The translations under genes were made by a program, and so were the position numbers. 64,000 nucleotides of DNA from Bacteroidota bacterium (GTDB lineage Bacteria > Bacteroidota > Bacteroidia > Bacteroidales > SZUA-534): contig QKGS01000040.1 of assembly GCA_003250355.1 (NCBI GenBank), forward strand, positions 2,812 through 66,811. Reading direction: 5' to 3'. Positions 57,663 to 64,000 of the stretch are shown piece after piece. A model generated the notes under the pieces. The model was not told the origin of the DNA, did not search any database, and saw nothing but the letters and a program-made list of their open reading frames with translations. Each line of letters opens with the position of its first letter. Position 1 is the stretch's first letter.

Positions 57663-58991
57663 ATGAAAATAACATTCTTCATAGTATTTTTTGGATTGCT
57701 GATACAATCTGCATTTAGTTCTGAACCTATGGGGTGGGAACAATGTGTTCAATACGCATTGGAAAACAGTTATGAGATTCGGGAGCAAAAACTGAATGTA
57801 GATAATCAGCAACTTAGTGTGAATTCTGCTTATTATAACTATTTGCCGGGAGTGTATGGTTATTCAAATTACAACAAAAATTACGGACGTTCAATTGACC
57901 CGCAAACAAACGCAATAGCAAACAGCGACTATTTCGATGCAAATTACGGACTGAATGGTAGTCTTGGGTTATTTGAGGGTTTTACCCGTATAAATAAAGT
58001 GAAGTACGAAAAGTATATTCATGAATACAACAAGTCGAGCCTTGAAGCAAGCCGTGTTAACATTACTTTCACTGTTATTGATAATTATATAAAAGTGCTG
58101 TTTTTTACCGGCATTAGCGAAATAGCTCTTGAGCAAATTAATATATCGAACAGGCTTTTACATAAGCAAAAAGAGATGTTGCGTTTAGGTCGTATTTCTG
58201 AAACTGATATAAATGAAACAGAAGCTCAGCTTGCACTCGACAGCCTTAGTTATATCAGGTATGACATGAATAAGCAAACATCGGTTAATTCACTTAAACA
58301 GGTTATGAATTTTCCGGTATCGGACACTTTGCTTCTGGCTGAAAACACAACTAATACCGGCATAATTTCAGATACCGATTATACTTTTAAAAATATTATG
58401 GTTCAGGCTGAAGAGCATTTGCCTGAGATAAATATGCTTAAAAACCGGTTAAATGCTACAAATGCAAGACTTGCAGAAGCAAAGGGTTCAATCCTGCCTA
58501 CATTAACGCTTAACTCAAACTGGGGCTCGGCATATTATCAGACTACAAGAGATTCGCTTGGCAATACGCTTGGTTTCGGCAATCAGTTCGATGGTAACCA
58601 AAGTACACGCATAAGCCTGAATCTGTATATCCCCATTTTTAACCGTCTGCATAACAGAACAAATATTCAGAAAGCAAAAATTGATAAGGACCTTGCGGAA
58701 AATTATTATGAAAAAGAATATTCGAAAATTCAATACGGCATTCATGAAAATGCCCTGCTGCTGGAGTCGGCTATAAAGCAGTATCAATCGGCTATGAAGA
58801 GTGAAGAGAAACAGCTTACGGCATTTAAAGCAGGTGAGAAAAAACTTGAAACAGGATTAATAAATACAATAGATTTTTATACACTTAAAAATGAATATGC
58901 CCGCTCAAAAGCTGAAAGGCTCAGGGCAGGAATGGAAATGTTTTTACAATATAAAACAGTGCAGTATTATTTGACTGGAACAATTTTATAA
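57663..58991 (+). CDS. TolC family outer-membrane efflux protein
   Basis: C.QYALEN, YLP....S...YGRSIDP, LF.GF, LPTL, IPIFNR. Confidence 0.92.
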   Translation: MKITFFIVFFGLLIQSAFSSEPMGWEQCVQYALENSYEIREQKLNVDNQQLSVNSAYYNYLPGVYGYSNYNKNYGRSIDPQTNAIANSDYFDANYGLNGSLGLFEGFTRINKVKYEKYIHEYNKSSLEASRVNITFTVIDNYIKVLFFTGISEIALEQINISNRLLHKQKEMLRLGRISETDINETEAQLALDSLSYIRYDMNKQTSVNSLKQVMNFPVSDTLLLAENTTNTGIISDTDYTFKNIMVQAEEHLPEINMLKNRLNATNARLAEAKGSILPTLTLNSNWGSAYYQTTRDSLGNTLGFGNQFDGNQSTRISLNLYIPIFNRLHNRTNIQKAKIDKDLAENYYEKEYSKIQYGIHENALLLESAIKQYQSAMKSEEKQLTAFKAGEKKLETGLINTIDFYTLKNEYARSKAERLRAGMEMFLQYKTVQYYLTGTIL

Positions 58992-59146
58992 GGTGACAGG
59001 GTAACAAGGTGGCAGGGTTACTGAACTAGATACAATAATTTAATTGATAAGAAACATAGAAATAAACAGGCAGGAAGATACATGGATAAAAGGTCGAATA
59101 TAGATATACTACCTTGAAACCCTGATACCTTTCTACCATTCAACCT
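58992..59146. repeat. Inverted pair of degenerate 8-mer arrays between tolC and the adaptor gene
   Basis: GGTGACAG GGTAACAA GGTGGCAG GGTTAC (58992-59021) and ACCTTGAA ACCCTGAT ACCTTTCT ACCATTCA ACCT (59111-59146). Confidence 0.7.
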
Positions 59147-59153
59147 CGATATT

Positions 59154-60410
59154 ATGGGAATGGACAGAATTATAGAAGATAAAAGGCTGATAAAACCAAA
59201 GCACTGGCGATATATAATTATCGGGGCAATAGTGCTTGCAAGCAGTCTGTTTTTAATGCTAAGAAACCCTGTGAGTGTTTACAAAACAGAACTCAACAGG
59301 TTAAGTATTGATAACGTAACAGGGGGTGAGTTCCATGAATTTATTACCGTAACAGGCGAGGTTGAACCTATCACAAGTATTTATCTCGATGCTGTGGAAG
59401 GCGGACGCGTAGAGGAAATATTCATTGAGGAAGGTGCTATGCTTAAAAAGGGTGATGTTATTCTTCGCCTGCACAATCAGGATTTGAAAATGAATATTAT
59501 GAACAGCGAATCGAGCCTTGCTTACCAGTCGAATGAGCTGCGCAATACTCTTATTCAAATGGAACAACAGAAAATTCAGAATAAACGTGAGCTGCTTCGC
59601 ATTGATTATGAGCTTGTACGATTGAAAAGGAAGTTCGACCAGAATAAAGAACTATATAATGATAAACTGATATCACGTGAAGAATATCTGGTATCGGAAG
59701 AGGACTATTTACTTGCAAAAGAGAACCGTGATCTGGCATTTCTGAAAATGACTCAGGACTCAATATTCCGCTCGAACCAAAAGGACCAAATGGATGAAAA
59801 CCTGAGAAGCATGCAGCAAAGTTTACGCATGGTTCGTGAACGACTTGAAAACCTCAACGTAAAAGCTCCTTTCGACGGACAGCTTGGCTTACTTAACGCC
59901 GAACTTGGTGAAGCGATTAATAAAGGACAGAGAATTGGTCAGATTAACATTCTTGAGTCGTTCAAAGTAAAAGCTGAAATTGACGAACACTATATTGATA
60001 AGATACGCCAAGGGTTGACTGGCTATTTCGAACGTCAGCAAGATACTTTTAACCTGAGACTTAAAAAGCAGTATCCTGAAGTACGCGACGGCCGATTTGA
60101 AATTGACCTTGTATTTACCGGAGAGCAGCCTGAGAAAATCAGAATCGGTCAGACATACAATATTAAACTGGAACTGGGACAACCTAAGCAAGCAGTAATG
60201 ATTCCTCGCGGGGGTTTCTTTCAAGCTACCGGCGGACAATGGATATTCGTTGTTGACCCTTCCGGAACATTTGCTGAAAAGCGTAATATAAAAATAGGTC
60301 GTCAGAACCCGAAATATTACGAAGTAATAAGCGGACTGGAACCGGGTGAAAAAGTAATAACATCAAACTATGAAATGTTCGGAGAGAATGAGAGGATAGT
60401 GTTTAAATAA
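59154..60410 (+). CDS. Efflux periplasmic adaptor (HlyD/MFP family)
   Basis: EGGRVEEIF.EEG...KGD, coiled coil, KAPFDGQ, EVISGL.PGEKVI. Confidence 0.93.
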   Translation: MGMDRIIEDKRLIKPKHWRYIIIGAIVLASSLFLMLRNPVSVYKTELNRLSIDNVTGGEFHEFITVTGEVEPITSIYLDAVEGGRVEEIFIEEGAMLKKGDVILRLHNQDLKMNIMNSESSLAYQSNELRNTLIQMEQQKIQNKRELLRIDYELVRLKRKFDQNKELYNDKLISREEYLVSEEDYLLAKENRDLAFLKMTQDSIFRSNQKDQMDENLRSMQQSLRMVRERLENLNVKAPFDGQLGLLNAELGEAINKGQRIGQINILESFKVKAEIDEHYIDKIRQGLTGYFERQQDTFNLRLKKQYPEVRDGRFEIDLVFTGEQPEKIRIGQTYNIKLELGQPKQAVMIPRGGFFQATGGQWIFVVDPSGTFAEKRNIKIGRQNPKYYEVISGLEPGEKVITSNYEMFGENERIVFK

Positions 60411-60411
60411 T

Positions 60412-60899
60412 GGAGACCGGAACATGGAAACCGGAGACAGGATTGAATAATATTGTATTTTGAGCCTACAATATTATTCATTTAAATAAAATTATAATTA
60501 TGGGTTCAAAGATTGAAAAATTTGAAGATTTAACTGTTTGGCAAGAAGCAATGGATTTAGCAGAAATGGTATATAAAGCTATGAAAAACTGTAAGGATTA
60601 CGGATTTCGAGACCAGATACAGCGTTCATCGGTATCTGTGCCATCAAATATTGCTGAAGGTTTTGACAGGCAAACTAACAAAGAGTTTATACAATTCCTA
60701 TATATAGCTAAAGGTTCATGTTCTGAATTAAGAACACAACTATATTTAGCCAAACGATTTGAATATATTAATGAGAATGAAATTCCGGCATTAATTGAAT
60801 TATCAAAAAAGGTATCATCAATGCTGTTCAAACTAATAAATGTCAGGAAAGAAAGATTCAGTTAAAAATCCGGTCTCCGGTTTCCTTATTCCGGTTTCC
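60412..60899. mobile_element. Putative cassette: four-helix-bundle gene bounded by 31-bp inverted heptamer arrays
   Basis: GGAGACC GGAACAT GGAAACC GGAGACA GGA (60412-60442) matches the reverse complement of 60869-60899 at 27/31. Perfect 14-bp hairpin at 60444-60480. Confidence 0.6.
60500..60865 (+). CDS. Four-helix-bundle protein (23S rRNA IVS / S23-like, TIGR02436 type)
   Basis: FEDL.VWQ.A..L, DQI.RSSVS.PSNIAEG..R, FL.IAKGS..EL.TQL. Confidence 0.92.
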   Translation: MGSKIEKFEDLTVWQEAMDLAEMVYKAMKNCKDYGFRDQIQRSSVSVPSNIAEGFDRQTNKEFIQFLYIAKGSCSELRTQLYLAKRFEYINENEIPALIELSKKVSSMLFKLINVRKERFS

Positions 60900-60915
60900 G
60901 CTTAATTAGAAAGAT

Positions 60916-61611
60916 ATGATTAAAACAAAAAATCTTACCAAAGTATTCCGTACAGAGGAAGTTGAGACTTCGGCTCTGGATAACGTGAATTTTGAAGTGA
61001 AAAAAGGAGAATTTGTAGCAATTATGGGACCTTCGGGTTGTGGTAAATCTACACTCATGAATATCCTTGGATTACTTGATAACCCTTCTGCGGGTGAGTA
61101 TTTTTTCGATGGTGTTGATGTATCAACATACAAAGAGAGTAAGCGTACCGGGTTGCGCAAAGGAAACATCGGTTTTGTATTCCAGAGCTTTAACCTGATA
61201 GATGAACTGAATGTGTATGAAAACATTGAGCTTCCTCTCATTTACCTGAAAATGTCGGCACGTGAGCGTAAGGAAAAAGTAGAAGCTATAATGGAGCGAA
61301 TGCAGATAGGGCATCGTAAGAAGCACTTCCCTCAACAACTTTCGGGTGGTCAGCAGCAACGTGTGGCTCTTTGTCGTGCAGTAGTTGCAAACCCTAAGCT
61401 TATACTTGCCGATGAGCCTACCGGTAACCTCGATTCTAAAAATGGTATTGAGGTAATGAACCTGCTAAAGGAACTTAACAAAGAAGGTACAACCATAGTA
61501 ATGGTAACTCACAGTAAGCGCGATGCTGAATTTGCACACCGTGTAGTTAACCTGCTCGATGGGCAGATTGTAACTGAGAATATTCAGAGTGTACTTGATG
61601 CGGTGATTTAG
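60916..61611 (+). CDS. ABC transporter ATP-binding protein (LolD/MacB type)
   Basis: GPSGCGKST, FQSFNL, LSGGQQQRVA, ADEPTGNLD. Confidence 0.96.
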   Translation: MIKTKNLTKVFRTEEVETSALDNVNFEVKKGEFVAIMGPSGCGKSTLMNILGLLDNPSAGEYFFDGVDVSTYKESKRTGLRKGNIGFVFQSFNLIDELNVYENIELPLIYLKMSARERKEKVEAIMERMQIGHRKKHFPQQLSGGQQQRVALCRAVVANPKLILADEPTGNLDSKNGIEVMNLLKELNKEGTTIVMVTHSKRDAEFAHRVVNLLDGQIVTENIQSVLDAVI

Positions 61612-61795
61612 GTGCAAAGGGTACAGGGTTACAGGGTAGCAGGGTTTCAAGGTGGAAAGGCTGAAGGGTAGAAGGGTAGAAAGGAGACCGAAGACTGGAA
61701 AAAGTAGACAGTATGCAGTATTTTATTATTTAAAGTGAACTAAAGTGATTAGAGTTTTATGTGGAAATATGAGAATGAAGGAATTTGAAAATGGA
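61611..61795 (+). repeat. Stacked short tandem-repeat arrays (8-, 7-, 7-, 9/10-mers)
   Basis: RGGTNNCA-type array 61611-61684; GGAGACC/GAAGACT 61683-61700; AGTAGAC/AGTATGC 61703-61720; TAAAGTGAAC/TAAAGTGAT from 61731. Confidence 0.65.
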
Positions 61796-61865
61796 GTTTT
61801 AGAAAATATATCCAAATATTTAATTATCAATATTGAGTTAGATAAAAGAGAGTAGTTTCAATAAA

Positions 61866-61908
61866 GCCCCAAAGGGGCGTAAGCAATAGCCCGGGGTGAA
61901 GCCCCGGG
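61866..61908. repeat. GC-rich double-hairpin REP-like element
   Basis: GCCCC-AAA-GGGGC and CCCGGGG-TGAAG-CCCCGGG in an AT-rich spacer. Confidence 0.55.
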
Positions 61909-62027
61909 ATAAAAACGGAGAATAAATATCGTCGCAAGCAATGAAGATTATTTGAAAATCAACAGATATCATGCGACGAAATAAAAAACGAAACATCAGG
62001 TTTTATTCCAATACGCTACCGCACGAG

Positions 62028-62206
62028 CAATGTCGTTAAGTTAAGGAATTCACCCCTATAATTATTCCCTTTGGTCATGAGTTCGCTACGCTCAGTTCCC
62101 TCAAGGGGATACAGCTCCGATGTAGCAGAGCTGCTAAGTTCGAAGGAGTCCTCCCTTGAGGGAGGTTAGGAGGGTGACTTTTTAAATGCTTAACGTAATG
62201 ACATTT
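62028..62206. mobile_element. MITE with IS4-type TIRs (copy 2), inserted in a REP-like element
   Basis: CAATGTCGTTAAGTTAAG ... CTTAACGTAATGACATTT; flanking 10-mers ACCGCACGAG / ATCGCACGAT; same core as copy 1. Confidence 0.82.
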
Positions 62207-62301
62207 ATCGCACGATTGTATCGTATGGTGAGGGCTAATGCCACAAGAGAGGACTCGTGCGGCAGCTATGAAAAAAATTAAAAACAATAAACCGAAATAC
62301 T

Positions 62302-64000
62302 ATGAACCATAATCTGAAAATAGCATTCCGAAATGCAAAGAAGAACGGTATTATCACCTATGCCAAACTGTTTGGTCTTGCGCTATCATTTGCAATAGCA
62401 ATATTTGCAGCGGTATACGCATGGTACGAGAAGAGCTTCGACAGCTTTGTTCCAGATAAGGATAAAATATACCGCGTTTATACCGAGGGGGTATTTCAGG
62501 ATGTAAATACATTTGATGTAGTGGTAACATCTCCTGTTTTAGCAGACTTTTTGAAATTACAGGTATCGGAAATTAAAGAAACCATGCGTGTAACCGAATG
62601 GGGAGCCGGTGATATTCGGTTTGAGGAGAAATTCTTTCAGGATGTTGAATTCCTGTATGTTGACTCAAACTTCTTCACATTTATGGGAATGGAGTACAGA
62701 ACGAATCTTGAGAATCCGTTCGAATCGAAAAACTACATAGCCTTATCGGAAAGCATGGCAATAAAGGTTTTCGGCACCACAGAAAACATACTCGATACTG
62801 AGGTAAAATTCCGTGGCAATCCGGTTACCATCTCTGCCATTTATAAAGATTTTCCTAAGAACAGTCACCTGCAATATCCGGTTCTGACATCAATAAACAA
62901 TTTCGGGTTTATTAATGCCGGATTCAATAACAATGTTCTGTTTACATATCTGAAAACTAAGTCGACGAATGTTGACAACAACGAACTTGACTTTAAAATT
63001 ACAAAAGCATTGTTTTCAAGTGTCGAAAGTCCGGTTGATGCTGAAAATGCCCAAACAATGGAAGACCTTATGTTCGACAATGTAAATTATACACGCTTTA
63101 GAGCCGAACCATTACAGGACATTCACTTTAGCAGCCACAGATACGACTGCGCAATAACTTCAAACAAAACTTACGTAAATGGCGCTATAATTCTGGCAAT
63201 ATTCGTTCTGCTGATTTCATCAATCAACTACCTGAACCTTACTATTGCCGGTATTTCAACACGTATGAAAGAGATAGCCGTTAAAAAATCGAACGGAGCA
63301 TTTAACCGCACTATTTTCAGTCAGTTTATAACCGAAACGTTCATATTTTGGTTCGTAGGAATAACAATAGCATACATACTTCTCATATTGTTTGCAAAAC
63401 CATTTGAAAACTATCTCGGTTTTGAAATAAACATTAACGGAATTACCATGATAAAACTTATGGCAGTAGCATTCTTATTGTTATTCATTTTCAACTTAAT
63501 AATGAATGTGTTGCCACTGGTATTTATTTCACGTAAAAATGTTCTGAATCTGCTTAAAGATGAAAGTGCTGCAGCAAATAAAGTATCGTTACGCGGAGTG
63601 TTTGTATTCCTGCAGTTTGTATTCTCAGGCATGATAATTCTTGGGGCAATTTCGGTTAATAAACAAATAAACTATATGCTTAACGCTGACCGCGGATACG
63701 ACCCTAGCAATCTGGTTTACGTAAATATGTGGGGACTTGGCGAAACCCGTCTTGCCAGTTTTCTTGACGAAATGAATAATATGCCTGCAATTGAAAGTGC
63801 TACTGCGTGTCAGGAAGTATTCGGACGAGAAACACGTACCGATGGAGCCAGATATAAGGAAGCTGAGGAAAATGACTTCTTCGGATGTGCGGTACTTGAA
63901 GTTGATGAAAACTTCTTCAATACTCTCGATATTGAATTTACCGAAGGTCGCGGATTCGATAAAAACCTTGAAACGGACCTTGATAACTCTATTATAGTGA
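62302..64000 (+). CDS. MacB/FtsX-like ABC transporter permease, runs off the right edge
   Basis: Not in the ORF track. Manual translation MNHNLKIAFRNAKKNGIITYAKLFGLALSFAIAIFAAVYAWYEKSFD..., later INYLNL...RMKEIAVKKSNGA. Confidence 0.88.
   Translation, partial: MNHNLKIAFRNAKKNGIITYAKLFGLALSFAIAIFAAVYAWYEKSFDSFVPDKDKIYRVYTEGVFQDVNTFDVVVTSPVLADFLKLQVSEIKETMRVTEWGAGDIRFEEKFFQDVEFLYVDSNFFTFMGMEYRTNLENPFESKNYIALSESMAIKVFGTTENILDTEVKFRGNPVTISAIYKDFPKNSHLQYPVLTSINNFGFINAGFNNNVLFTYLKTKSTNVDNNELDFKITKALFSSVESPVDAENAQTMEDLMFDNVNYTRFRAEPLQDIHFSSHRYDCAITSNKTYVNGAIILAIFVLLISSINYLNLTIAGISTRMKEIAVKKSNGAFNRTIFSQFITETFIFWFVGITIAYILLILFAKPFENYLGFEININGITMIKLMAVAFLLLFIFNLIMNVLPLVFISRKNVLNLLKDESAAANKVSLRGVFVFLQFVFSGMIILGAISVNKQINYMLNADRGYDPSNLVYVNMWGLGETRLASFLDEMNNMPAIESATACQEVFGRETRTDGARYKEAEENDFFGCAVLEVDENFFNTLDIEFTEGRGFDKNLETDLDNSIIV

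Noticed and set aside
60500-60865. Diversity-generating retroelement (Avd-like gene)
   Set aside because: No reverse transcriptase and no template/variable repeat pair differing at adenines was seen in the window.
57240-62266. CRISPR array or tRNA among the intergenic repeats
   Set aside because: Repeats are 7-10 bp tandem units or isolated hairpins without unique 30-40 bp spacers; no cas genes and no cloverleaf with T-loop consensus.
2548-63997. Numerous 60-200 aa ORFs antisense or out of frame within long genes (e.g. 16071-16598, 40900-41499, 62865-63080, 63791-63997)
   Set aside because: They overlap well-supported CDSs and show no recognisable motifs.

Overview
AT-rich chromosomal window from a Bacteroidota bacterium, probably an anaerobic Bacteroidales/Marinilabiliales-like organism. 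The assignment rests on TAnnTTTG promoters, T9SS sorting domains, PorP/PorT-like barrels and MacB-like permeases ending NPVEALRYE. Ordinary genes include dnaG, comM/yifB, lpxH, rfbB, a CpsB phosphatase, an M1 peptidase, a GH29 fucosidase, two-component systems, ParDE and a TlpA thioredoxin. Notable features: (1) a four-gene operon encoding a 2259-aa T9SS adhesin-like protein, an outer-membrane barrel carrying two NTF2-like-looking domains, and two exported proteins with apparently related domains; (2) a PorP / ECF sigma / anti-sigma / LRR operon whose anti-sigma-like protein ends in a T9SS type B-like sorting domain; (3) dispersed tungsten/molybdopterin genes (AOR, MoaD-like, MoeB-like, ModE-like); (4) a sigma54 efflux regulon with three recognisable promoters and paired enhancer palindromes; (5) many small mobile or repeat elements: an IS4-type MITE with 10-bp target duplications that appears to target REP-like palindromes, a RAYT flanked by REPs, a decayed IS1595 that seems to mark a deleted peptide-export locus, and a four-helix-bundle gene bracketed by 31-bp inverted heptamer arrays with related empty arrays at neighbouring gene junctions. 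No rRNA, tRNA or CRISPR array was seen. All family assignments come from reading motifs by eye, not from database searches.
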